Positions 1-13,100 of a stretch of DNA of 64,000 bases are shown here, piece after piece; the first letter of the stretch is position 1; the number at the start of each line of letters is the position of its first letter. The notes beneath the pieces are model-generated. The model made no database searches, had not been told where the DNA came from, and saw only the letters and a program-made list of their open reading frames with translations. The position numbers were made by a program, and so were the translations under genes. Origin of the DNA: Paramecium tetraurelia (Eukaryota); NCBI GenBank assembly GCA_000165425.1, contig CT868056.1, positions 1 to 64,000 of the forward strand, read 5' to 3'.

Positions 1-988
1 GCAGGATAAACAATTGGTGGCTGAAGTTTCACAGGTGGCACAAAGGCTGTTGCAATCAGAGCAACCATTTCCTGATATGAATGATCCAGGAGAACATTAT
101 TTACAAGTACCATCCAAATAATAATTTGATTGGCAAGAAGTACATTCAGAAGCACTGTTGCACTTAGTACATCCAGTTGGACAAGTTTAGCATGAAGTTC
201 CGTCAATGTAGTAGCCATCAGTGCAAGATGAGCATGTAGTTTCAGATGTGCAAGTGGTGCATTTATCATTGCATTTAGTACAAGTGGAATTATTAAGCCA
301 ATATCCAGGAATACATATAGTACATTAACTAGAGCTTTCGCACTCCACACATTGACTTGCACAAGGTAAACATTGATTGCCTTCAAGGTATCTTCCTGAA
401 TTGCATGTTGTACAATTTGATACACTGTTCAAACATGATTTACAAGTAGTAGAGCAATCATAACAATGGCCAGAAGAGTAGTATTAAGTACTTGTGCATG
501 CCTCACATTATCCATTGACTATCTGATAGCCAGAATCACATGAGTTACATTGAGTTCCTGATTCGCAATTATTACAATGGTTTGAACAGTCAACGCAGGT
601 GGTATCATTTAAATAATAGCCATTAAAACATTTTGTACACAAACAGCTTTCGTTATATAATTCACATTGTTTTTATACTAAATTATTTTAAAAATTATTA
701 TTACCACAGCAATAATCATTGATCAATAAATAATCAGAAGAGCAACTAAGACAGGAGTTAACTCCATTTTAACAATTAATGCACCCTTAGATACAAGCTA
801 GAGGATTGTTAATATATTTTACATTAGCATTCATATTCTCCCAAAACGTATCCTTCAATGCATTATTCACAAACTTCATTATATTAGTCGCATTGGCTGC
901 ATTCGTTATTATTTTGGCAAGGGACAGAGCATAATCCTTTTTTAAGTGACTATATGAAGATAAACATAAATATTAGATTGATTTTCAT
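1..988 (-). CDS. Secreted/surface cysteine-rich protein with furin-like (CxxC) repeats; runs off the left edge
   Basis: ATG at 988: MKINLIFMFIFIQSL (signal-like), then repeats such as CSNHCNNCESGTQCNSCDSGY and CPTGCTKCNSASECTSCQSNYY. Introns at 798-822 (25 nt) and 678-704 (27 nt). Confidence 0.85.
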
Positions 989-2324
989 AAATATTAATTT
1001 AATTAATGTAATATTTAGAAATTAAATTGCCTTAAATAGTGAAAATACTTGATAATTTTATAGATATGACTTTTAAATATTAGTTAAATTAAATTTCGAA
1101 TGGTTTTCTAGAATAGTTAAAGTAATAATAATTAAGTATATATAAAAACGAATTATATTCTTAAGGGTATATATATTTTTTATTTAATAAATTACTATAA
1201 CTTTCAATAATAAAATAAAGAAAATAAACTATCCACTTCAGTTTTTCTAGTTTTTGATCACTTAACAAAAATTTACATCAGGTACAAATTATATTATAAT
1301 ATTTATTTATTTAATATTTAGACCTAATTTCTCATTATTTTCATAAATTAATATAAATTTTTTTAATATATACGTCCAGAAACTAAAATTTATTAAAAGG
1401 AATAAACATTATTCTTTTTCTATTAAGCATATTTTTATTTATTGTCATTAATACTTAAATTCTAATTTTACTAAAAGTCTAATTATTAATAAAAGCATTA
1501 AAAAAAGGAAAGATTGCATATGCATTTATGTTGAGAGTGCCAATTTTTGGGTTTGCGGGGAATAGTTTCCAAGGTATATGATAATAAGCTCGTATATTTT
1601 TTACTCAAAAAATTATTTCAGCCAGAGTAATATTATTTTTCACCCTAAAAACAAAATAAATTTTTTATTACTTTTAAATAGAAACTACAAGTTAACTAAA
1701 ACAAATTAAGCCAAACTAAATCAAAAATTATAATTAAAATAAAACTATACTTATCTTAAATATGAACATTAAAGCAGATGATAATTTAATTTTGCACAAC
1801 TCTTTCCAAAAGCTAGAAACTATAAATCATTGTTGTTCTGCTATTTATATACCTAAAATCAAATCTAAATATTCTTTTAAGTAGAACATAATTTAATATT
1901 TTTTTCAAGAAAGATATGCAGTAAAATTAAATTAAAAGATAAATTAATTAATTTATATGGTATAATTTGAAGTTAAAGTTATCTACTTTGTATTCTATTC
2001 ATGTTTTAGATTAAATTGAGTTCATTAAATAATCATAATAAAAGTGGCTTCGAGGTTTTTATCACTTTTATTATGAAATTGATATCCCATTATCAGTTTA
2101 TTTTATTTTATGCCAGTTTGGATATTTTGAATAAAAAAATTATATAGCAAATTAGTTAATTTGATTTTAATGAAGATAATTCATTATTCAATTTACTGAA
2201 GACGAAATTCCATCATTCTTTCTATTTTTCAAAATATCCAATTAAGATCTTAAATATGACTGAATTTGAAATTATATTAATTATTAAATTAAAAGTATAA
2301 ATATTATAATAATATTAAACATAA

Positions 2325-5078
2325 TCAATAAAGAAGTACATTATTATTATGAGATCTTTTCAACTTTTTATGTTTCATTTTAACTTTATACTATTTTATA
2401 AAAGTCCCAGGATACTTTAAATAGGGTAATAATTTTTATAATTTCCTAATATAATATTTTTAATATTTAGTAAAATTTAATCTCTCAACTATCTTTGATA
2501 AATTAAATGATTAAAAATAAACTTAAAACTCTCTTGCTTATTCAAATTCATCCATTCTTTTCCTTTCATATTTGTTTAGATTTTTTGTTTTTATTAAGAG
2601 CATTTCAATTGAATCCAAGTCCTTTTGATTTACTTCTTTAGCACTTTTAAGATCAACAATTAATTCTCTTATCAATTTGCAATCAAATGAGTTTTCAAAT
2701 CTATCTATCATGCTTAAATCATTTCTACCAAACCATCGCTAAATAGCTATTACTTTTTTAACAGCATTTATAAATATTATCTTAGTATTTTATTTTTAAT
2801 TTATTCTGCACGTGCTTTGAGTATTACCTCTCAGATTATATTTAATTGTAGGTTTTTCTCCATAATCTACTAACCTTAATGGCTACATTTCAACAAATTC
2901 TTTGATTGGCTTTAATTAATTACTAGATTTTACAGGAGGATTACCATGTAAATTCTTTGATTAAGTAAGGGATTTCTATTATTGTTTATTTTAGACTAAA
3001 AAAGGAGATGCTATTTTATTCGATATAATAGAAATTTATTTCTTAAGAAAATTTAATTCAGATAATTAAAAATATGTTTTTATTCTTTTACAGGATCTAC
3101 GATGATCTCTTCTCTTTTAATTTTTATAATAATTGAATTTTTTAATGATAAAATCTTTCTAGGGAGCATAATGTATAAAAGGACAATTAACAACCTTATG
3201 ACTGTTCATTCCACACGCAATGCAATTGTATTCAAATAGTTAAATATCCTGATTAAAAATAATATCATCCTTTAATTTACAAAATGTTTCAAAATCTTCA
3301 GGAAATTAACTTAGAACACTCAAAAAATCATTTCTTTAAAGAATTAATAATTTAGAGAGACCTATACTTTTAAAAATTTCAGTCGTTGTTGTACCAACGA
3401 TGAAATTATCTATTCCTAAAGCTTATTATTTATTTACTTTTCTTATACATTGTTTATGCTTTGAATTTAGAAAAACCTCTATAGTGCCTTCCTCAATATA
3501 AAATAATGATGTGCAATCCGGCTTTTCATTTGTAATTTCTATGATTTAACCAGGTTATACAACCATATGGTTAATTTTTTTTAATAGTTTTTACTTAAAT
3601 GCTATTGAGAAATTATCCTTAAATAATGACACTTTATTAAAGAATGAATGATTAGCCTTAATCATAAGAGTATCTCTTAAGTTTTCTGGAAGTTATTGAA
3701 TGATTTACTTTTCATCCTCACTTTCTTCTCCTGCTTATAATTACCAAAAATAATCAAGGTATTATCTAATCTAATTTTGCAAAGTATATGGTACATTCTT
3801 TCTCTACATATATGAATTTATAGTTCTAAGCTTATTTTTTCTCTCCTCACCATAAGCAGATATTTGTTATATTATATTTCCTACGGTATTGACAGAATAT
3901 GGTAATTGCACACTTGATAAAATGATAAATAGAATTGTGACAACTCTTTCTATCTAAGTTTTAGGTGTTAGATCTCCATATCCAACTGTAAACATTGTTA
4001 CGCAGGCATAATAAAACGATACTAAATATTGTTGATCCCAACTATCATCCTAAATTTCTGCCCTAGATAACCAATTTTCTGGATTATTTTTATTATATTT
4101 CCCAACCCAATACCATAAACAAGCAAATACATGAACGACATAGAAGAAGAACATCAATAATTTTACCAATGTTAAATATGAAGAAAATTTCTTACTCAAA
4201 TTTATTGCAGTTTCATAAACAGTTACTATTCTATCAATATTAACCTTATGCACAAGAAATATTAGAAAGATTAAATTTTAGGGAGTGCTATCCTACTTTT
4301 AAGTTTAAATATCTGGAAAGATAAGAGCTAAAATAAGGATAATTGTTGAAAAAATTTCTAGTCCATATGATTTGCAAATAAGATTCTTAGCGATTTATTT
4401 TCTATCAGTAACCATATTACCTTCTTAATAATATGCAACATTTAAATTAAATAAGAATTCAGCTATTAAAATAGAAATCATAAAAATGGTTATTACAGAT
4501 AATGATTAAAAAAGAAATGCGCATTCTGCCCAAGCTAAATCAACTGGAATCAAATACAAAAAATATAATCTTGCAGTCGTGCCTATGACATCAAAAGTTA
4601 TTTTAGCATAATTTTCTGTTTATATAATAGGAATCATGCTTATATATTATTTTATGACAAAATACACCTTTTTCTCCATCAAATTTGTTACATTTTAAAA
4701 AAAGTCTAGATTTAGCAATGAGGGAAACTGTTGAATCCTATTTGAAATAGGAGTGTATTAAGCAGATTTATCATCAATAAAATTAAAAATTTCTTGTTGG
4801 TATTATTGTTTGATTTTCTTTCTTTGTAATAATCTATTTAAAAATCTCTTCATATAAATATTTTTTATAAAGAAAGATAACATGGAACCTCTATTTTATA
4901 TTTATCTCTCAAGTATCAATTGCTCATTAAATTATTATAATTTGTTATAATCCGACAATGCATTTCTTTTATTTCTTTTTGTCATCAGCTCTTTAGGGCT
5001 TTATTTAGATTTTTCTTTATTTTATATAGTATCTACATTAGGTTCATCTGGCTCAGAATTAATTTAATCAAAATTCAT
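2325..5078 (-). CDS. CNBD-family (EAG/HCN-like) 6TM K+ channel, copy A
   Basis: Pore FYYACVTMFTVGYGDLTPK, S5 HVFACLWYWVG, C-linker, CNB-like domain, then CIACGMNSHKVVNC. TGA at 2325-2327. Confidence 0.9.
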
Positions 5079-5141
5079 AAACAAGTTATTTGATAAATTA
5101 TTTTTAAATAAATATATAAACTAGTCAAAAATTATTTTTTT

Positions 5142-8035
5142 TCAACTATTTTCTTCCTCTGTAATTTTGTTTCCACCATACTTATAAGAAAGTGACAAAT
5201 TATAAGCCTTGATAAACTCTGCAGGATATTGTAAATAAGAAATATATTTTTTAATCATTATTTAAAGTAGCGCATTGGTATTTTTACTAATTCTTTTTAT
5301 TTATCTATCAACATTATGTTAAGGATAATAATCATGAAAGATTTTGCTGACTTCAAAATCCGTTAATCCTTTTTTCATATACTTTTAGAGATTTTTTTAT
5401 TTAAAATATAGCAATTCAATAGATTCCCTGTCAGAGATATTCATATTTTTTATTTATTTTAAATTTTCATATCTCTATTTTAATTCTTCATCTATATTTA
5501 TCTCATTAATAGTACTTGCAAGTAATTCTTAGGCATAGTTTTGTTTAAAGCTGCTATTATTATTTTAATTATTCAAACCTAGTTAATAAATATTCATTAT
5601 ATTTAATCCTTAGGATTATCTTCTAGACGCAAGACTATTTTATTTTAATATTCCCATTCCATCTAATTAATAGTCTATTTGTTTATTGGAGATTTATTTA
5701 ATAGTTCGATTTCGATTTCGATTATGATTATTTATGGTTCTTTTAATTTACTCTATATGATCACCTGGAATTTATGATAAAGCTATCACTGAATCTCTTT
5801 TTAAGCTTGCCTATGCTGTAGAATTTAATTGATGTTCTGTTTTTAATTCTCTGGATTCTTTATAATCCTCTGGGATCCCGTTTTACAGCGAAATAGTATT
5901 GATGTTATTATTGGTGGCTTATTATTACTAAGGAATATGATATTTTTTTATATATTATTATTTGATTTCGTTTAGATCTTGATTTTCTATTAACTAATTT
6001 TACAACCTCAATGACTTAAAGGGAGTCCTGCAAAACACTTTTCTTGTTTAAAACAAAGGGTATTAACATCTCTTAATAATGAGATCTCTTTGAGGAATGA
6101 AATGTAGCAACGGGCAAATGGGTATTTCATGTGTTGAAGAGGAGCATGATTCACATATTCTGTGAATATATGAAGATTTGGAATTAAAAATTAAATCATC
6201 TTTAATATGACAAAACTTTTCGTAATCTATTGGAAAATCCTTTAGCTCTTGCAAAACGTCATTTCTGGATAATACTAATAATTTAGTAAATCCGACACTT
6301 TTCAGCTTCTTATTCCTAATAATATTTCCAACAAATAGATTTTTTAATCCAAAGATATCATCCTTTTTTGCTGTTTCTATTATTTGCCCTGATTCAATCA
6401 AAATATTTATTTCTCCTTCATCTACAAAATAAAGCTAAATATCACCACTATCAAGATCAATAATTTATTCTGGTTAAAGTTATAAAGAATTTACTTTTTT
6501 TAATAAATTCTGTTAGAACTGAAGGCTAAAGTTCTTTTACAGCAAAGGTACTTTCTAAAATATTTAACTATTAGCTTGTATAATTAATTATTCTCTTAGA
6601 TTTTCTGACAACTAAGAAATTATCACCTTTTCTTCTTCAGTATCCTGACCATCTATTGATTCCCAATAATGATTTAAATATTATCTAATTTAATTTTACA
6701 AATTATATGGCACTTTTTTTTTATTCATATAGCTATTAATAGTTCTTAATTTGTTTTTTGTGTCTTCTCCATAATCTGTTATTTTTTCTATTATTGAACC
6801 AACCGTATTTATTGAGTAAGGTAATTGTATACTTGATACTAAAATAAGAAAAATGCAGGTAGATTTTTCTAATCCGCTTTTAGGAGCAATATCTCCATAT
6901 CCAATAGTAAACATCGTCACACAAGTGTAATAAAACGATTATAAGTACTCATCTGTCCAATCCAAAATTGGAATATCTCTTAAAGAATCCAACCAATTTA
7001 GATCACAATTCTCTCTGCTGTAATTACCAACCTAATTAAAAATATCGAAAATACCCAAAACCATAAACATGAAAATAAGTGAATTACATAAAACAATAGC
7101 AACAAAAATTTTAATAATTCCAAGCAACTTGAGGCTTTCTTTGACAAATTCAATGCTTATTCATACTCGCTAGCCTTATAATGAACACTTGTCTAATGAG
7201 ATAATACAGTCAATAAAATTAAATAACTAGGATTTTAAGTTACATTAATTGTTGTAATTGCAAGAGATTTAAACACTATAAAAAGCATAGCTAACAATAA
7301 AGTAGAAATCCATTCCAAACCATATGATTTACTTATTTAGTGTTTAAAGATGTTTAATCTATCTATAATAAGTGAACCTGCATTATAATAAGCAGTATTT
7401 AGTCCAATTAAGAAATCGACGAATAATATGATAAGCATTGCTATGGTGGATGTGTAATAACGATTAAACATTAATGATTGATTTGTCCATGCCAATTCTA
7501 AAGGTATTAAGTACAAGAAATATAGTTTCGATAAAATTGCAATAATATCCCAAACTATAATTCTTCTGTTTTCTGGATACAATAATGGGATTGCTATAAT
7601 ACAACTGCTGAAACAATCCACAATCGGTTTAAAAATTCTTAGAAGTCTCTTTTTCAACAATCTATCTATAAATATTTTAAAAGTTGATTAAGTTTATATC
7701 TTATCAATATTTCCTTAAGCTTTATCATTTATAATTGCTAAATGTTTATGTTTCAAATTTTTCAGATTATGTTTATTTTTCAATAGGATTTCAAGGAATT
7801 TCTTAGCATTTACGTTTTATGCTTACAAACTTTTTAAAACTAATCTTTCTTAGTAATCAACAGACATCTATTTTCCAACAAAATTTAAAATCCGTTGACC
7901 TATACTTTTTGTTTTTATGACCATACTATTTTTTCTAGCTGTTACCCTGGTAAATTAGCGATCAAGTTCTCTTTATGTATCAATTCGATCTTTATTTACT
8001 TGAATAGATTAATAGTTTGTGTAATGAAAACTCAT
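5142..8035 (-). CDS. CNBD-family K+ channel, copy B (tandem paralog of A)
   Basis: Pore TMFTIGYGDIAPK, S1 IIVWDIIAILSKLYFLYLIPLELAW, CNB-like domain, CESCSSSTHEIPIC. 23-nt intron at 7032-7054. Confidence 0.9.
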
Positions 8036-8081
8036 TACAATATAATTAATATATATAGATTGATAATAACAAAATTAAAAG

Positions 8082-9945
8082 TCAAGAATGTTTGTATGTT
8101 ATCTTATTATTATTATTATTATTGATTTATTTTTATTGGTTTTGCTTGGCTACTTTTATAATCATTTGCTGTATTAAAGTTCCTTTTTCTAAAGGGATAC
8201 TAGGTTTTGGAGGATTAAATGTGCCACTATTCATCTTTTTAAAATGATGTCCCTTTGGTGAGCATTACTAAGTTTGATTGTTTTTTAATAAAAATTCAAA
8301 ATTAGATCCTCTTTCAGTAAGACAAACTAAATCATTTAGTTGTTCTTTATTATGTAAGCCTCTGCTATCTGAAAAATGTTTTTTATGACATGAAGATTAT
8401 TTCAAATCTTGAAACAATAGCCTGGCGTTTTTGTTCTTATATTCATTAATATCATTATTATGAAAAGTCATGAATCTTTCTTAATTAGAGGATTGTCTTA
8501 CATGAATATTTTATGAAGTTGTTTTCCTTGATTTTGGTTGGTTGCTTACCAAATTTTTAGAATTAAAATTATTATTGTATTGATGTTGTGTTTTTGCCTT
8601 TTAGAACTTAAAGTTGTCCGATTTCACTTTCTTATAAAATGGACTGTTTCTGTCAGAATTGAAAAAATTTTGAGTACCAGAAATAGGACGATGTGTTAAA
8701 GCACCATTTTTCCATTTTGTATCAGGTGAAATCTACTCATCTTCTATTAATAATTTGGCAATATAATTCTTGTTCTGATTAGGTTGAGATTGTTAGGTTT
8801 TAATATTTGCAAATGATCCAATTGTAATTTTGGAGTTAAATTAAGCTGTTGGAGAAGCATTTTTATTATTAATTTAATTTGTAATCAATTAACTTTTCGG
8901 CTTTTGCTTTAAGGATTCGCTTAATCTGCTATCAATTTTTGTTGCCATTTCATCAATAGATATCTTATTTTTTGCTTACTTTCTATTCAAATAATCTATT
9001 GAATTTTTAATAAAATTATAATTTTTATTATTTGGATATTCATTATTTTATGTTTTCAGCAAATAATTGATTTCAATTTTCTTCTAAATATTACTCTAAT
9101 TTTTTGGTTATTGCAATTATAATAAGGACTGTATAAGTTAATCTGAAGGTTAACTAGTATATTTCTTTTGGTTGATTTATTTTTTATTTAAATAAGTGAG
9201 AAAGTTTTCTAATTTCATTTCTTCTGATTTCACATTTTATGGAATAAATAACGAAGATTAGTCATGGTAATTTCCCATCTATTTACAAATTTCATTTAAT
9301 GTCTATGATACATCATGTTTAATCTTAACTGATTTCTCACCATGCTAACCATATAAAATTATTGAAATACTTATTATAATTAATTTAACCAACTCAGCTC
9401 CTTCAAAATTTGAATATTTTATAGATTTGACTCATTTTACTCTTCTTCATTATTTTAATTAGATTCCTATGAGTTTAATGGGGATGGTTTATCTCCAACA
9501 ATTCCTTTAGGAGGTTTATGTGGATTTTTCTTATTCTCATCTTCAATTAGCTTAGCTATTCTATAATACTCGTATTTTCTCTTTTTATCATAATACTTGT
9601 TTAGCATCGATGCCACTGGTTCTTAGAAGATTCTTGCAATATCACTATGGAACTAAATGATATTGTATTTTTTTAGGTACTTTATAATATTCAGCTAATA
9701 ACGCTATTTTGGAAGGATACTCACCTAACTTGTAACTACGTTTTAGGTATTCATCCTAATTATTAATAACATAATACTTCTTCATCATAACAATTCCAAT
9801 CTTTATATCTGATTACTCCTTTTGTAGTGGCATCGCTCAAAATATCATTAATATCTCTTGTGTAATAATAATTTTGAGACTGGCAATACTTCTCAAAAAG
9901 CCTTTCGTTAATTATCTGACTATTGATACCTTTATACTTTTTCAT
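8082..9945 (-). CDS. Uncharacterised protein: conserved N-terminal domain plus low-complexity Q/N/S/K tail
   Basis: MKKYKGINSQIINERLFEKYCQSQNYYYTRDINDILSD...EYYK/FHSDIARIF, with short introns. Similar to the gene at 19654-20844. Confidence 0.7.
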
Positions 9946-10148
9946 TAATTAATTAAATGTAAAATTATATTGAAAATATTTCTAATTGACAACTAATTAC
10001 TTCCTCTTTGATAATAACTGACTATGATATATAAATTCAACATTCTATAATTCATTTATTGATAAGAGGTACTCTAACTTACAAAATAAGGATGCTAAAA
10101 ATAAATTTATAAATATGAATAAAAAATATATTATATATGTACTCTAAT

Positions 10149-13100
10149 ATGATAGTTTAGTACTTAAGAAATAGAGCTTCAGAAATAATTGAGATAATGT
10201 CAGACAGTTAGAATGATATTAATAGTACAATAATTATGATAACATTTTGCTTTCAAAGAATTAGCTTGTTATTTTCTTTTGATCAGTTTGCTGATAAACC
10301 ATACGAAGATTACAAATTACAATTCCTATAAAAGTTTTTTAATTGGTTTACACTCTAAACACCCATACATATGATTAACAGCTAACACTTTAGTAAAATT
10401 GCGATGTACATCATTTGCGTATATTTATGGCTCATTATTATTATAATGTTTACAAAGGTAAAATGGAAGATTCTATTGTAAAATTTCTTTGCTTTTTATC
10501 AGTTGTTAATAATAATCCCTTTGATTGAACACATGGATACTCGTATATCTCAAAATGAAGATTTATTAATTGGAATAGTCACTTTGATTCCACTAACCCT
10601 TTGCTATATTTTCTTCTTCCTTATTCACAGAAACTATCTATTGCCCTAGAAAAACATTTACATGAGACGTTATTCATATTCTAATATCTTGATGATTGTA
10701 TTCGATATTTCAATTATGATAACTATCTAAATGGTTGATGAATTAATTTCATCAATACTAATAATATTTATGTCAATTCTCCTAATGATTGATTCATTCC
10801 TAATTCAACCGTATTCCTATCAGGTTAATATGAAATACATAAGTGCTACTTCATTTATATTTTGTGCCTCTACTATCAAGATATTCTCATTCAAGATATC
10901 ATAGGAAGAGACCTTTTATTGCTTGATTCTCTTAGTCCCAATGATAACAGTTATTTTTACACAATTTTTTTAACGACTAGTACACAAATAAATATTTGAT
11001 GATTAATTAGGACTAGCTAAATTATTAGCGATAATTGATTTGATAAATGATAAAAAAACTAATCATTTTTAAATGATTTCTATTTTAAATCATATGAAAC
11101 AATAACACAAGATAATAATTGATAATGATAATATTTATGTCAAGATTCAGTAAACAGTAATTTAACTTTTTGATATAGTAATTGCTAAAATCAAGACTCA
11201 AGATTCTACAATTTTAGAATAGGTATAACTTTACAAAATCCTATATATCACAAACACATGTAAGAGAGTGTCTTTAGGATACATAGAATTAAAAATATTT
11301 ATAGCTGTCACTCAAAAGTAAAGTCTCTATTTTACAATAATATCCAAATTGCTACAAGAGAAAATGTCAAAGCGCAGAAAATATTTTAATGACTAAGAAT
11401 AAAGATTATCATTAATAGATATTCGCAAGGCAGAATTATTGTATGAAGACTCCATAAATTTGATAGTTAATATCTTAGATATGAAAATTAAATTTTGGAT
11501 TGATTTAGAGAAAGGATATCAGAGAATAGAGGAATTCGCATTGAGTGCATATAATCTTAGTGAAAAGATATGGCAACTGAGAGATTTCTTTTTTGTATAA
11601 TTTTCAATAGAGCCCTTGAAGTTACAATCTCGACTAGTACATTTCAACATACTTGAATTAAAGCTTTTGGCTATTCTATATTCTGCAATTCTAAATGATT
11701 ATCATGCTACATTGGACATTGAATAAAAAGTAGAAGAAATTGTATAGAATGAAAAAAACTCATAAAACGAATACATTAATAATATTACTTTAATAAATGA
11801 TGATTTGGTTATGATGGCAGTAAGCTTTGTAAAATAAAAAAATTAAATTTTAAATAAAAATAGAGGGCAGATAGCTAAATTTTTTGGATATGAGAATGAA
11901 AAGGATTTTCTCAATATCATCTCTATTGAGCAATTAATGCCTCCATATATTTAACAATCTCATGATACTCTTTTGAGAAAGTACTTGAAGAAAGGATATT
12001 CATCATTCTTTGTCTAATCAAAGGAAGTTTATATTAAAATGAAGACCAATTTTATTCAAGCAGTAAACATGAATTTATTACATATGTATGAGCAAGATTC
12101 AGATTATATTATAACTGGAGCACTCTAAAAAGTGAAGTAGATGTATGATTTTATTATTTTTGATCGAAAAGGCAAGATATTGGGAATTAGCGAATAAATC
12201 TTTAAGATATTTGGTTCAGGGTTTAGCATAGAATAACTATTAAATAGAGGTTACATATATTTTTGGATTCCTAATGTATTTGAAATTATATAGGAAGAGA
12301 AAGGCCAATTATTAGAAAACACAGAAATTTAATCAAGAAGTATGCTAAAATAATAATTTTTATTCTCTATTAATAATTTTAATTAACTTTGCTAAGATCA
12401 TGAATTAAGTAGAACTAATAGTACTGTTAAAAATTAATAATCATAGAAATTTTATACTGAATTAAATGAGACAGAATAAATGATCTCTGTTGGAAATGTC
12501 AATTCGATTCATTTTCTAAAAGACTAGAACGTTTCATTAATAAATGAATTCTTAACTAAATATAATCAGAGTAGATATGTTGATTAGGATAATTTGTATT
12601 CAATGAAATACTCTATATCTTTTAATGTTATAGGAGGTGATTTATTACCATAATTTGTAATATAAATTAATGAAATTGAAAAAGTAAATCCTAAAAAGCA
12701 AGGATAAACCTTTTCAGTGAGCCTTTTTAGTACAATAAAGAAAAGCACAATTAATGATAGAGTAACTGAGAGTTGTTTCGTTTTGGAGCATGAGATGAAC
12801 GATAACAATTTGAATATTTAAATAAATCCTCCTATAATCAACAAAATGAGTAGATTCTAAGATTCAAAATTAGAAGACAGTTCAAATAAATATCCAATTT
12901 ATAATCAAAGCAATGAACAATTTAAATTAATATCTCCAAGGGGTAATAAAGAAATATTGATTGGAATTGATGACTATGAAGATGAAGAAGATGATCAGAA
13001 ATTTTAAGATGCCCCAAAAAGTAGTTCTTAGTAGCATAACAATTAACCTGATGTAATATAAGCAATTTAATAATACAAAGAATTAGATTAAGAGTTTAAA

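Noticed and set aside
1520..1590. Sm-site-like AATTTTTGG and telomere-like TTTGGGTTTGCGGGG
   Set aside because: No recognisable snRNA body, only a weak hairpin, and no tandem telomeric array.
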